This document shows, piece after piece, positions 36,384-49,484 of a stretch of 64,000 bases of DNA. The notes beneath the pieces were generated by a model, which did not search any database, had not been told where the DNA came from, and saw nothing but the letters and a program-made list of their open reading frames with translations. The first letter of the stretch is position 1. The number at the start of each line of letters is the position of its first letter. Made by a program: the position numbers and the translations under genes. The DNA lies in assembly GCF_018350175.1 (NCBI RefSeq), contig NC_058369.1, positions 15,626,001 to 15,690,000 on the forward strand, given 5' to 3'. Source of the DNA: Felis catus. Taxonomy: Eukaryota.

Positions 36384-36452
36384 CTTGTTCAGGAGTTCTG
36401 TTCCGCCCTCATTTAGTGGAGCAAGCTTTGGCTTCAGGGTGTCTAGGATGGG
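36384..36452 (-). CDS. LZTFL1: LZTFL1 exon 5
   Basis: tgtcag|CCC...AAG|gtaacg; 69 nt; PILDTLKPKLAPLNEGGTELLNK. Not in the ORF track; found by manual reading. Confidence 0.93.
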
Positions 36453-36524
36453 CTGACACAAAAGAAAGAAACCAAACCAAAATCACCACAGAAGAAATCA
36501 CATGTAATCACTCAACATTTGCAC

Positions 36525-36587
36525 TTTCTTTCTTTTTAAAAAAATTTTTAAGTTTATTTATTTATTTTTGAGAGAGAGAGTGGGAGG

Positions 36588-36630
<43 letters not shown>

Positions 36631-36752
36631 GATCCCAAGCAGGCTCCACAGCATCAACACCGAGCCTGAGGTGGGGCTCAAACTCATGTACCACGAGACC
36701 ATGACCTGAGCCAAAGTCGGACGCTCAACTGACTGAGCCACCCAGGTGCCCC
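36525..36752 (-). mobile_element. SINEC (intron 4)
   Basis: TSD acatttgcactttct. Confidence 0.93.
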
Positions 36753-37790
36753 TCGACATTTGCACTTTCTAAGTGGAAAACACCGTGTAAACGTATCCAC
36801 TGGATGTCGGCTCCACGGGGTGGGTGGGGGTTGCTGTTGGTTTGGTTCTCTGCTACATCCCGAGACTACGACAGTGCCTGGCCCACAGCGCCCAAACATC
36901 AGAAATGCACATGAAACCCACCCTCCCCAAATCCTTTAAAGAGCTACAGACGGAAGGGAAAGGCGGGAAGAAAGGAAGAAGGGAAGGTGCTCGAAGCCAG
37001 AGCGGATAGAGGTCCCAGCCTCTGCGGACAGGAATTTTCACCTGTTTCAGGGAGTTGAAACAGATGTGCGCAGGAGCCCGGGTCTGGGAAAAGTGCACGA
37101 GTGCAGCTACCCCACAGGCGAAGGAGAACTTGGCCCAAGTTCCCTGGCAGTTTGGCGATGCGCATTAACAAGTGAATCCATGCCTTCTGACCTGGAAATG
37201 CGCTCCAGGGGAGTAAGTGGCAAATTGTTTTGTAAGGAAGGGTATGGCGTATGTCCGTGGATTCAGCTCGGCAGTATCCTTCTATCAGGCGCCAGGGAGC
37301 GTTCGGGGTGCGGCTGGTTAAGGGCTCGTGGCAAATACCGAGAATGAGTGAAAAGAGAAGTAGGTCACTGGTCACTACTAGGGTCGTCTCCACTGGACAG
37401 AGGAGCACAACAGGGCCCGGCTGCCTCAGGCCACCCGCTCAAGGTCACTCGGCGAGAGAGCCAGAGCCGGGACGCATGCCCGTGCTCTGCACCATCTGGG
37501 CGAAGAGCTTATATGGCAGGGAGCGGGTGGACGGCAGGGATTCCACGTGTGAGTGTGTGAATGTGTGTGTGTGAGTGTGTGTGTGGGGGGGGGAGACAGA
37601 AGCAAGTGCTCACAGTTACTTTTTCCAAAGCTCTCCTTCTTTTGCCTGAAAACAGGAATGTTTGAATTCTGCTCTTGAATTAAACGCGTTCCCTTGAGGG
37701 TTTGCACTTGCACCTCTGAACCGCTCTGAGTACCTCGAGGATACTAAACGCCGGCCACTAGGGCGTGGGCTTAGGACGACGCCAAATTAC

Positions 37791-37851
37791 CTTTTTATTC
37801 GAAGACGTAAATTCTGCTTTTTCGAATTCTGCAACTTGTTCTAATAATTCT
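37791..37851 (-). CDS. LZTFL1: LZTFL1 exon 4
   Basis: ttccag|A...AAG|gtaatt; 61 nt; ELLEQVAEFEKAEFTSSNKK. Confidence 0.95.
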
Positions 37852-38644
37852 CTGGAAGATACAAACGTGAAAAAAAATCCATTTAGAATAGATTTGCATC
37901 CCAGACACAGAAGAACAAAGTCACTGGCACCGATCTCCCACAACACGCCGGAGAGAACAGAGCACCCTGTCGAAAATGATTCCTAGTTACCCATGGCCCA
38001 GAGCCCAACCCAGGGACCGGATTTGAATATTCCACGGCACCTAGGATCGTGCGCCTACTGAGCATATGCTCTAATCGCCAGAACGAAACTACAGTGTTAG
38101 TTCAAATCTGGCACAACTTGTCCTCAATTCCGTATTTCTGAGGTGTTAGAGGGAGACTGCTCTCAGACATGATTTACATCGATCGTTAGCTAGTGAATGT
38201 TCAAGAAACGCAGACTGGCTCTCAGAGAGTAAGTAGCCTCGGAGACATGGGATTAGTTCGTGATACCTACTGAAAAAAAGAGTATCACCCCTACTGGGAA
38301 GGAATATGCTGTACCTCTGAGGAAGAAAGCTGGTTCGGGGATGAACCAACCACCTGACTGCTCCCTTTCCCTGCCCCGGTGTGGTCCCAGTCTGGATCCC
38401 GGGGGTGGCCCACGCGGGCGCCTGGGAGGGGACGTGGTAACCACTCTCCCAAGCTTACTGTGGCACTTTCTCCAAGTTTTCTCGGCAGCTCTCCCTGGCA
38501 GCCAGTGGACTGAACCGGTTTTCCTCCCCGGTTCAGGAAGGCCATCCCAGGGTGGTTCACCAATCTCTGCCGCCGTGCCTGGGGGCGGTCAGTCTTTCCT
38601 CATTTCTGGCCCGGCTTCTCTTAGACTAAGTTTGAATTTCATTT

Positions 38645-38988
38645 TACTTTTTTTTTTTTTTCTAGTTTTGAATTTTTTTTCACGTTTATTCATTTTTGAG
38701 AGACAGAGACAGAGCAAGAGAGGAAGGGGCAGAAAGAGAGGGAGACACAGAATCCGAAGCAGGCTCCAGGCTCCGAGCTGTCAGCACAGCGCCCGACGCG
38801 GGCTTGAACCCACGAACCATGAGATCATGACCTGAGCAGAAGTCGGATGCTTAACCGACTGAGCCACCCAGGCACCCCTGCTTTATTTGTTGTTGTTCAT
38901 GTTTATTTATTTTAAGAGAGAAAGAGAATGAGGGTGTACATGTGCGAGTGGGGAGGTGGGTAGGAGCAGAGAGGGAGAGAGAGACACA

Positions 38989-39027
<39 letters not shown>

Positions 39028-39172
39028 AAGAGACAGAGAGAGACAGAGAATCCCAAGCAGATTCTTGTCAGTGCAGAGCCTGACGTGGGGCTCGAACCCA
39101 TGAACTGTGAGATCATGACTGAGCTGAAAACAAGAGTCGGATGCTTGACCGACTGAGCCACCCAGGCACCCC
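38645..39172 (-). mobile_element. Two tandem SINECs (38645-38878, 38899-39172; intron 3)
   Basis: Two reverse SINEC bodies, each ending gagccacccaggcacccc. Confidence 0.93.
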
Positions 39173-39693
39173 TCATTTTACCTTGTTTAAATGAATGAGC
39201 TCTTTGATACCTTCGAGATTACAAAACAGTTTTGTTTTTTGTTCACATTTCCTATTTTAAAGTAAGTGTATAACTTAAAACGTAATTATAGAAAAAAACT
39301 GCAATCCTCCCGGACTGAACTGACGGTATTCGAATGCATCTTTCAGTTGTTTCATAATCTTCATCCCCTCATCGACCTATTATGTCTAAAGACTCATTAT
39401 AATACAATGCGACCAACAAAGAAATGGGCAGGGATCGTTAGGAACGGCCCGAAAAGCCATTCCATGAATCTCAAACGCCTCTAGAACACCCGGGATTCGG
39501 AGAAACAGAATCCTGAAGGGGACACCGAGCGGCACCTAAGAGATCACTCGGTGGGTACCCAGAGGCCGTCCTGCTGCCCACCCCACGCTCCCTCAGGCCC
39601 CGGCCCTGAGAGCAGAAGCGGCGCAGACGTTCGCTAACTTCTGAGACCGTGCTGGGGCCTCTACCGCCCTAGCCGCAGGGCCGAACGTGTCAC

Positions 39694-39888
39694 CTGTTTT
39701 CAAGTTCCGAGATGTCCGTCTGCAGTTTGAGGTACCACTTCTCGGCTTGGGAGAAGAGCTGCCGCAGGAGTAACACGTTGGTGTGCGCCGTGTTGATGAG
39801 CTCAGACTCCACCTCGCTGTAGACCACGGCCTGCAGCCCGCTCAGGACCTCGGACACCTCGTCCACGGTGAAGGTCTCCTCCACTAGC
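39694..39888 (-). CDS. LZTFL1: LZTFL1 exon 3
   Basis: ccgcag|G...AACAG|gtgaca; 195 nt; LVEETFTVDEVSEVLSGLQAVVYSEVESELINTAHTNVLLLRQLFSQAEKWYLKLQTDISELEN(R). Confidence 0.96.
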
Positions 39889-40027
39889 CTGCGGAACAAC
39901 CACAGTCCCAGACTTCCGGATGAACGACCCAAACCGTTTACAAAACAAAACAAGACTAAGAGACCCATGTTCGGGTCAACCGAGGGGGTGACGGGGTTAT
40001 TGGGAAAATCTCTTCGGGAACGATCTT

Positions 40028-40258
40028 CTTTTTTTTTTTAATTTTTTTTTTTTTTTAACATTTATTTATTTTTGAGACAGAGAGAGACAGAGCATGAATG
40101 GGGGAGGGGCAGAGAGAGAAGGAGACACAGAATCCGAAGCAGGCTCCAGGCTCTGAGCCATCAGCCCAGAGCCTGACGCGGGGCTCGAACTCACAGACCG
40201 CGAGATCGTGACCTGGCTGAAGTCGGACGCTTAACCGACTGCGCCACCCAGGCGCCCC
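40028..40258 (-). mobile_element. SINEC_Fc (young; intron 2)
   Basis: TSD gggaacgatcttcttt. Confidence 0.95.
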
Positions 40259-40615
40259 AGGGAACGATCTTCTTTATGAATAAACCGTACTGAAGGTACC
40301 CGAAGCTCAGTTCACTTTTGGTGTCCGTCCGAACGACCCAATTGCGGGTGTACGTGCCCTCTAATACAAAGTAGGTGCTCAGAAACATTCCCCCAAACGT
40401 TTACTTTTTTCTTTACGTTCTCGGTTGAAACATTTTTTTATTTTAATCTCCGCTAAAATCAGTCTTCTCACAGTTAGCAGTTTCAAGAGTCCCCTAGAAG
40501 GTAGTGTTTTTCCTTTCCTTTCCTTTCGTCTAGCATTTCAATAATTGTATGAACTACTCCAATGGTAGCAAATGATTATAAGAAAATAGTTATGTGCTGC
40601 TTCGCTTGGCATTCC

Positions 40616-40827
40616 TTTTTTTTTTAAGTTTATTTATTTATTTTGTGAGAGGCGGGGACAGTGTGAGCAGGGGAGGGGCAGAGAGAGAGGCAGAGAGAAT
40701 CCCAAGCAGGCTCCGCACTGTCAACGCAGCCTCCGACACAGGGCTTCAACTCACGAGACCTCGAGATCGTGACCTGAGCCGAAGCCGAGAGTTGGACGCT
40801 TAGCTGACTGAGCCACCCAGGCACCCC
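40616..40827 (-). mobile_element. SINEC (intron 2)
   Basis: TSD cttggcattc. Confidence 0.92.
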
Positions 40828-42375
40828 TTTCTCTTGGCATTCTTGAGTCCCAAATGAAAAAAACTACAAAAAACAACTAACTTATCTTAGGTGCAGCTCC
40901 TCTGAGCACTGACCATTCCCTAAAAAGGAAGTCATCATCAACAACAGAATTAAAACCCACTCTCCCACGGGGAAGGTTTGGGTTGGGAGGGACCTCAGAG
41001 CCATTTTCTTCAACCCCCTGGCGTTCCAGATGGGGGCGGGGGATGCAGGCTCAGAGGGCAGGGGTGACACGGCCCTGGTCCCACGGTGGGGGTGACTCAA
41101 GCCCGCAATCATTTCCGGGAGTCTCAGCAACATGCCCAACAGCCGAATCCCGAAAAAGCTCCTAATTTAAAGGACAGTTTGACAGTAAGACCGTCTCTCC
41201 CCTCCTGGCCCCAACCCTCAGCCGCTCAGGGGACAGGAGTGATGGCCCCATCACTCCTCACTTCCAAAAGGACAAAATTAAGGAGCCCACCAGTTTGACC
41301 AGAGTTATACTCAAGTTAGTAGTATTTGTTACCATTCTTCAATGTTTCATTTAGCCAGAATGAGCCAGTCTAAAAAAACCACAACTTCAACTATTTTTGG
41401 GGAACACCCTTATTCAATACATCAACCATCTTCCTCTATTCTTTAGTAGAACAAACCAAATCTGCTTCCACTTTTTTTTGGCAACCCAAGTTCATGGTTA
41501 TGAACAGCAATTAAGGCACTCGCTGTATAAAGTGAGTGATGAAGTATCTTCCGTGGCTCACAGCCGGGCCAGTGCAATTGTTGCTTTCATCTGCTGGGGG
41601 TCAGGAGACCAGCTGACCAGGTTACATCGGTGGGTCGAACACGTAACGGTCTACAGCTGGTGGCGTCCCCTATCGTGTGCCGCGCGTGGCTTTGCGACAC
41701 GTGTCGCTGACGCGGAGGCCTTTCTCATTTCCACCTCATCTGACATTTAACCGTGCCAAAGTCTGATCCCCGAGTAATCTGGGGTCTCTTTACTACTTAG
41801 TCCTTTCCTTTCATTGGTTTCCCTATGTTTCTCCAGATCAAACATGAATTTTCCACGGACTTTAATTACATCCCACGACAGGCTCAACCAAACGAATGAT
41901 CATCTCTTGCCGTATACCCACGAACAGTGTCGGTACCAGCGCAAGCTTTCTGTGGTTTCCTGCTGTTTTCCCCCCTCCCAGTTCTTCAGTATCAACGGGG
42001 TAGGTGTCTTCTTGCTAACTGCCACGCCTTATGGCTCGAATCCTTTCATTAATAGCTCAGGTAATCCAAGTTCTGGGATCTTTAATACAGCAAGGCAATC
42101 ATTAACCTACAAGCACTTCGCCATTTCCTGACGGCCCTTTCGAACCTTTGCAATCTCATCATTATCCTATGTGTACGTTTGGTAACAGATTGCTCCCACC
42201 ACAACCCGGTTTCCCGAATTTCACCTATGCACGGGGCTTGGTGGAGTCACTCTCAGGGGGGACCCGATCATGATAACCCGGCAAAGGTTCGTATGGCCTC
42301 CGCAGCCATATCCCCACACCGGCTACCGGAGAGGATCCGGGTTTCCCCTGGGGTTCCCTTTGAGTCCTCTGATAC

Positions 42376-42500
42376 CTGCTCTCCTTGAGGTCTTGGAAGC
42401 AGGAATCGACAGTTTTGAGTCTCAAGCCTCTTCTGGAACGAGCAAAACGCATGTAGTTAATAACTTCGTTTTGATGGTGTTCATTTAGGCCCAACTCTGC
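42376..42500 (-). CDS. LZTFL1: LZTFL1 exon 2
   Basis: ttttag|GCAGAG...AGCAG|gtatca; 125 nt; AELGLNEHHQNEVINYMRFARSRRGLRLKTVDSCFQDLKES(R). Confidence 0.96.
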
Positions 42501-43568
42501 CTAAAAGAGAGAAAAGCAGATGTTAGTCTTGGCGGTGTGAGGAAGGAACCAACGATGAAGATACAGAAGGGACCGGTACATGTCCACCAAATTCCATTCT
42601 TCCCTTCCTCCCGGGGAAATGGCTGCCCAACTGGAGGACGCTTCCCAGCCCTTCCTGCAGCCACTCGATTGCTGCTCAGTACTGGATGTGAGCGGAAGAG
42701 GTGAAGCCTACTCCAGAGCATGGGCCTTCCGACAGGGTCGGGTCTTTGCCGCACCTATTTCCCTGAGACCTGGAGCGGTGGGGGGGGGGGGGGGGGTGGC
42801 TCAGCTGAACCTCACAGACATTGCTCTGGGGGTTGGGTGGACAGCGCGATGAAAGGGACCCTTATCCCGACCCGATGTTGTGGAGCAGCACTGACCTACA
42901 GACCTAGATGAGCAGGTAAACGGCTGCTAAGTGAGAAACACACTTAGGTATTCTTGAAGCCACTGTTTTTTTGTTTGTTTGTTTGTTTTGATATATATGA
43001 CAGCAACTTAACCTTACCCTGGCTAATGCAGCTTTAAGAAATGTACTGGGTTTTTGAAATAGTCATGAAGTGGTCTTTATTTTAAACCAGCTGAGAGCTG
43101 GACAACTATGAGCTAGAAATTAGTGAAGTTTTTTGTTTTTGTTTTTGCTTTTTCAGTTTATAGCCACGCTGAAAAGAAAAGGATACTACACAATTGAATA
43201 TCTAATGTAGGGACTCTATGAGTCAGGAACGATCTTTATTTTAAGAACAATCATCTACCATGGCCTTCCTGTGGGAGACTAAGGTCTAACCTCCGAGCCT
43301 CTGTCTCAGACTTGTCACCCTCTCCACAGTGTTGGAAGCAAACACCAAGGCCATCGGGCATGATCTCCTTCAGCCCCCAGTCCCTCACGGTGGCTTTTCT
43401 GCATCCACACGGCTCCCCTCTGCAGTCTCAACTTTCTTAGGACGAGGGTCTCTGAAGGTCAGGACCTTGCCCACCTGGTTCCCTAAGGTACCGCCATCCC
43501 CGGTACTAAGCACGGGGCCTCACAAGCAACAGACAGGCGGCAACAAATGAACTTAAAGAGCTTTCCTC

Positions 43569-43800
43569 CTTTTTTTTTTTTTTTTTAATTTTTTTTTCAA
43601 CGTTTATTTATTTTTGGGACAGAGAGAGACAGAGCATGAACGGGGGAGGGACAGAAAGAGAGGGAGACACAGAATCGGAAACAGGCTCCAGGCTCCGAGC
43701 CATCAGCCCAGAGCCTGACGCGGGGCTCGAACTCCCGGACCGCGAGATCGTGACCTGGCTGAAGTCGGACGCTTAACCGACTGCGCCACCCAGGCGCCCC
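43569..43800 (-). mobile_element. SINEC_Fc (young; intron 1)
   Basis: TSD aagagctttcctcctttt. Confidence 0.95.
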
Positions 43801-44102
43801 AAGAGCTTTCCTCCTTTTGAAGGTCACTTCTTCATCGGGCCTTAATCGGTTCTTTCAAACTCCTGGAGGACTTTATTTAACCAATTATTCCCCCGTCTCA
43901 ACATTCCATGGGTTTCTTCCCCCCTTCAGACTACAGGGAAGACTATACATAGAAACCTTATTCAAAACCACACAAAACCCCTCAACCCTGAGATTCCCTT
44001 TAACTACCCTTGCAACCCCCACCCCTTCTACCCTTGCTATGCCATCACCTAGCCCTTAAACCCATACCTACTCAAATTGCTTTTGTAAAGCTCACCAGCA
44101 AC

Positions 44103-44131
44103 TTTTCTTTTCTTTTCCCCTTTTTCTTTCT

Positions 44132-44195
<64 letters not shown>

Positions 44196-44238
44196 TCCTT
44201 CCTTCCTTCCTTCCTTCCTTTCTTCTTCTTTTTTTTTT
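44103..44238. repeat. (TTTC)n(TTCC)n microsatellite
   Basis: Directly visible pure pyrimidine tract. Confidence 0.95.
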
Positions 44239-44287
44239 AGAATTACCGGGGACTTTTATTTATTTATTTAGAAAACTTTTTAAATTT

Positions 44288-44453
44288 GGGGCGCCTACGT
44301 GGCTCAGTCGGTCAAGCATCTGACATCGCCCCACGGTGGGCTCTGTGCTGACAGCTCGGGGCCTGGAGCCTCCTTCAGATTCTGTATCTCCCTCCCTCCC
44401 TGCCCCTCCCCCAAGAGAGACTCTCTCAAAAATAAATAAAACATTAAAAAAAA
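44288..44453 (+). mobile_element. Internally deleted SINEC (intron 1)
   Basis: ggggcgcctacgtggctcagtcgg head, B-box region missing, aaaaataaataaaa tail. Confidence 0.85.
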
Positions 44454-44819
44454 TTTTTTTTTTAATTTGAGTACAGCTGACACACAATGTTACACTCGTT
44501 TCACTGCCGAGGTATTTCAGTGGCCCATGGCAATGGTGCCCCCCAACTCTGGCATCATGCTTTCTTCCGAACCTAACTTTAGGACTGTGCATTGTTCTAA
44601 GTACGGCTGCCATGCCATATCCTCTGGAAAGAGGAATGGATCTGTTTCTGCATACAGGCCTGGCCTCTTCGGAACAAGTCAAAACAAAAAGAAGTTACAC
44701 CACCCCAGTTCCTTCGGCTGTACAATGGAGGGCTTGGACTCTTAAAGTCGCTCTCGCATCCGAAAGCTGGATTCCATCACGCTCTCGCTCCTCAACTCGT
44801 TAAAGTACACAACTGCTCC

Positions 44820-45720
44820 TGCCGTCAAAGGGGTGTGCGTGTGAAAACTTGGGACTTTTAGGACCGGAGCGAGAATCCCGCCCTGCGCCGTGGGCTGGCA
44901 GCCGTTCCCCGCAGCTCCCCCGACCTTGGGGATGTGACTGGGCCGGGCCCGCCCAGGTAGGGGTGAGGCCTGACCCGACGCGGGGGAGAGAGGCGGCCAG
45001 TACGCCGAAGGGGCTTGGGCCTTGGTTAACAGAGCCTCGGCGGCCAGGAGGCCCAGGGGCCGGACTGGGCCCGGCGGCAGCCACGCCCTCCCTCGGCCCC
45101 GGCTCGGCGTCTCCTCCGCGCGGGGCGGCGGCGCCCGGCCGGCTACTCACCATGGCGGCGGCGGGGGTCGCAGCCCGGAGGAGCGGGAGAGGCCAGGCGG
45201 AGCCCCGTCAGGCGCGGGGATCGCCGAGGGTGGCTGGGCCGCAGAAGATGCGGAGGGCGGGCAGCTTGTTTGGAAGCCTCCGGTTGCTAATGGGAACGGA
45301 GACACGTGACCCCAAGTGATGCACTTTTATTGGTCCTCGAGATCACGCGACAGGAAGTGCCGCCTGACCCGCCGACTGCCGCATGCGCATTGGCTTCCAG
45401 AGCCCGGAAGTTCCACCTCCTCGCGCCACGCCGACTCTGGCGGCCTGTGCCGTTGCCAATGGTAACGGGAGCGGAGAGGTCGTCGGGACCCCCAAGGTCT
45501 GGCGCGCACCCCTCCGGTCCTCCCAGACCCCCGGCCACGGAGCCTCGGGTTGCAGGGAAGGGCTGGCGCGCTCTTCCCGGGCTTGGTGATGCCGAGGGCG
45601 GTGGCTTGGACGTCTGACTCCCCACCTTTCAGTGGTCTCAGGGGGCCTGGCGTGGGCGCCCAGGACTGACTTCTTGTCTCTCCAGGGGAGCCTGCGTGGC
45701 TGGGATAGGCCGGCAGCCCC
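44820..45720. promoter_or_regulatory. CpG island / LZTFL1 promoter
   Basis: CpG-dense. Contains X-boxes (45283-45297, 45452-45466), E-box CACGTGAC (45303-45310), ETS sites CAGGAAGTG (45351-45359) and CCGGAAGT (45404-45411), NRF1-like CCGCATGCGCA (45379-45389) and two ATTGG (CCAAT) boxes. Confidence 0.88.
45151..45153 (-). CDS. LZTFL1: LZTFL1 exon 1 coding part (ATG only)
   Basis: Minus strand GCCGCCGCCATG|GTGAGT: strong Kozak followed directly by a consensus donor, inside a CpG island; joins exon 2 to give MAELGLNEHH. Confidence 0.9.
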
Positions 45721-45989
45721 AGCGCTGCCAGGTGCCAGGATAGAGCTTTGAACGGCCGTCTCCCCGCCACGCTCATCCCCCCACCCCCCCCCCCCCCGAG
45801 TCCTGGTGAAACTAATAGCACCTTTATCGTTAACAAATAAGCGCAAAAAGATTGATGACAGAGCAGCAAATTTCAAACTGTTATGCCTAGAATCACCAGG
45901 GAAGCTTGCTGAACAAATGCTTCCCAGGTCTCACCGCCAGAAAGTGGGAGTCCGGAAGTCTAGCCTGGGGGGGCTTGGAATCTGCAGTT

Positions 45990-46990
45990 TTTATCACAGA
46001 GGAGTGGTCGGGCACCACGCTTTAAGAAACGCTGTCCTAAATCATCAAGGAAATGCAAATCAAAACCGCAGGGAGGTAACACCTCACATCTGTCCGAGTG
46101 GCTAGTCCGGTGACAAATGCCAAGCGTTGGCCAGGATGTGGAGAAAAAGAAACCCTCGTGCACTGTTGGTGGGAGCGTAAATTGGTACGCGGTGCCCTGT
46201 GAAAAACAGTATGGGGGTTACTCAGAAATTAAAGACAAATATCCTATGAGCCAGTGATTCCACCGTTGGGTATTACCCAGAGAAAGCCAAAACATAAATT
46301 CCAAAAGATATATGGACTCCTGTTTTTATTGCAGCATTATTTACAATAGCCAAGATATAGAAGCAACCCAGTGTCCGCCAACAGATGCATGGCTAAAGAT
46401 AATATGGTACACACATACATATGCGCACTGGAATATTATGCAACCATAAAAAATGACAAGATTTTGCCGTTTGGGACAACATGGATGGACCGACAGGGTA
46501 TTAGGTATGCTAAGTGAAATAAACCACAAGAGAAAGACATAATGCATAGTATTACTTACATGGAGAATTGGGGAGAAAAAGTCAAACTCCTAGAAGCAGA
46601 GGAGAAAAGTGCTTGGCGGGGGCTGGGAGGTGGGGGAAAATAAGGAGATGCTGGCAAAAGGGTACAAACTTTCATTTATAAAACGAGTCGGTTCCGAGGA
46701 TCTAATGGATAACACGTTAACATGGGGACTATAGTTGATAACACTGCATTGGATCATTGGAATTTGCTAGAGTGGAGCTTCAGTGTTCTCACCAAGAAGA
46801 AAGAGAAGAAGAGAAAGAGGAAGAAGAAGAAAAGAAAGAAAAATAAAGTAAATGTGTGAGGTGACGAGGGGGTGGCCTTGTTGGTTAATTCAAAGAAGGG
46901 AATCCTTTTCAATGCATATGCATAACAAATTATCAAGTTGCACACTAAATATATTAGAATTTTCTTTGTCAATTTTACCTTAGAAAAGCT
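45990..46990 (+). mobile_element. L1MA/MB-type 3' end, preceded by a MER5A-like piece at about 45865-45990
   Basis: atcatcaaggaaatgcaaatcaaaacc; tgtttttattgcagcattatttacaatagccaagat; atgctaagtgaaataa. Confidence 0.85.
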
Positions 46991-47877
46991 GAAAGGAAGA
47001 GAAAGAAAGGGAGAAAGGAAGAGAAAGAAAGGAAAGAAAGAGAGAAGGAAGGGAGGGAGGGAGGGAGGGAAGAAATCTTAGGAGAGGCAAAGTTGCAAGG
47101 TGAAACAGATTATTACAGATACCAGGCGCTCGGGGCTGGGTGGGTGAAAGCGGTTGAGTGGGCACAGGCCACCGAGTGGGCGTTTCAGCAGGCTCAGAAG
47201 ACAGAAGCGTGACCCAGATACACTAAGGAGGGAACGAACAAGCTAAAAAGCCAGCTTAGCCTGGTAGACCCTGAAGAAGAAGGAGAACAGAGTGGGGACC
47301 TTCCTGAGAATCTGGGAGACTTAAAACAGAGGAGAGTCCAGAAAGGATTTGACACTCCTGCTTCTATCTGCTTAATCTATGGATACAGAGATGGAGAGCA
47401 AAGGCCACGCGTCCAAGTCCTCAGAGGGCTGGGTGGAGGCGTCTGAAGTGGGAGTCTGTGATAAAGCTAATACAAATATGTTTTCAGGAGAAAAACCAGA
47501 GGGCAGGTGTGAACTATTCTGGCCCGGGAGGTGTTAAATCATAGTCTGGTTTTGAGAATCTCATTTTGCGTTTCATCTCTTGCCGCCTTCATTTAATTCA
47601 AAATACAGCATGTACCACATTATGCACGAGGCTTGGTTGTCCCGAGGAGGGAGCTCAGTGCTTTTAAAACTAAACTTGAAACTTCCATCGCTAGAACAGA
47701 GTGGTGGCGGATAGATTCTGTAGAATTTACAAAGGGATGTGAGCTTGAGAAAGAGAGGCAGGGCCATGAACACACATTTATCAAGTTAAATGGCCAATAC
47801 GGCGAAGTGGCAATGACCTGAGTGGGTGAGTTTCAAGTCAGGCAAAACAAGAGTTAGGAGGAAACAGCATTTTCAAA

Positions 47878-48090
47878 TTTTTTTTTCAACGTTTATTTAT
47901 TTTTGGGACAGAGAGAGACAGAGCATGAACGGGGGAGGGGCAGAGAGAGAGGGAGACACAGAATCGGAAACAGGCTCCAGGCTCTGAGCCATCAGCCCAG
48001 AGCCCGACGCGGGGCTCGAACTCCCGGACCGCGAGATCGTGACCTGAGCTGAAGTCGGACGCTTAACCGACTGCGCCACCCAGGCGCCCC
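47878..48090 (-). mobile_element. SINEC_Fc (young) inserted in a MIR
   Basis: TSD ggaaacagcattttca; flank cagatgaggaaagacagctcagagaagtaaag is MIR-like. Confidence 0.95.
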
Positions 48091-49446
48091 GGAAACAGCA
48101 TTTTCAGATGAGGAAAGACAGCTCAGAGAAGTAAAGGGTTTTGCCCAGGAGCAGAGGCAGCAGAGCTGGGACTGGAATCCAAATCTCATGAGCAGAGTGG
48201 TGAGAGTTTCTCAACCACTTTGACCCACCCAAATATAGGCGCCAGGGCTTTCTCTCGCAACTTTATCCCCACGCCTGTGACTGGAAGTTTCCTCACCCTC
48301 TATTTAGGGGAGCTTCTGAGTGTCCCATGGCTGTTGAAGAGCAGTGGAAGAAGGTGTGGTTTTCCAGTTTGGAGGAGCCTTGGCAAAGCCTTGGTGAGCA
48401 GCCAGGAGCCCTTCATGCATATGGTCAAGGGATGATATGCATGCAGTTGACCACGGAAGGACCGTGAACCTGAGGGACAAGAAGAACAGCTGGCAGGGCG
48501 CCCCTGTGTATAACCCGGAGCACTCCCAGGCACGGTGGAATGTTCTGGAGGCACCAGCTTGGCTGCCCCGCCTCACCATGGCCTCCTAGGGGCATCTGGA
48601 CATGGACACGATCTCAGTCTCCCTGCAAGGCCCATAAGGGCAGGTTCTCAACACCCACCCACTGCAGCGTGACCCCCTCCAAACTCAGTTCAACGTCCCC
48701 TGTATCAGGCCATCTCTCCCATTCCCGTTGAGTGAGTGTTTGCTGAATTTGACAATGGTGTCCATTTTTTAGTGCCAACTACGGGCTAGGCGTACTCCGG
48801 TCCAATAGTTCATCCTCACCATCTGGCTCTTTCTTGCTATGGTAGACATTCATGAGTTCACATACGGGGAAGGTCACTTTGCTGGGTGCTGTGGAGGCGA
48901 GATAAAGAATGGATTTCACAACCACTTTTATGACATTTAAGTAAAGGTGTTCAGCACTGTGCCTATCTAAGGAAACTGAAGTGTGTTTTCATGCGATCTC
49001 CTGTGTTCGCTAAATGCTCGTTAACGCTGGGGGACAGAAAGAGTGGGTAGGTAATGCACACGTGTCACTTGTGAGTATGTTTGTGGCTTGGGGATTTTTC
49101 GAGTTGTTCTGCGAGGCTGCATCAGGGAGTCGTTTTAATTGAAAATTCCATCTGAATCTAAAATCTTCGGCACGGAGGATGTTACAACGATCACGGTTAG
49201 CCCCTCTACCCAGCTGGGTTGATTGTTGTTACATAAGCTGTCCAAATAGTGTCAGCAAATGTGAACATGCGTTTTTGGCCCTAACGTGATGAATTTGGCT
49301 CACGAAGAGGCTGAGCCTGTTGTTTACAAGCTTGGGTTGATTACCAGAGCAAACAATTCGAGCTGCGGGGGAGAACTCCGCCCTACTTTGATAGCGAACT
49401 TCTTAGCCTCACCCTATTTTTTTTTTCATTGCTGTGACCATTTAAA

Positions 49447-49448
<2 letters not shown>

Positions 49449-49481
<33 letters not shown>
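49449..49481. repeat. (GT)n microsatellite
   Basis: Directly visible. Confidence 0.95.

Positions 49482-49484
<3 letters not shown>

Noticed and set aside
44849..45876. Cluster of overlapping ORFs suggesting a divergent coding gene at the LZTFL1 promoter
   Set aside because: Expected stop-codon scarcity in a CpG island; no spliced coding structure found. A divergent non-coding RNA cannot be excluded.
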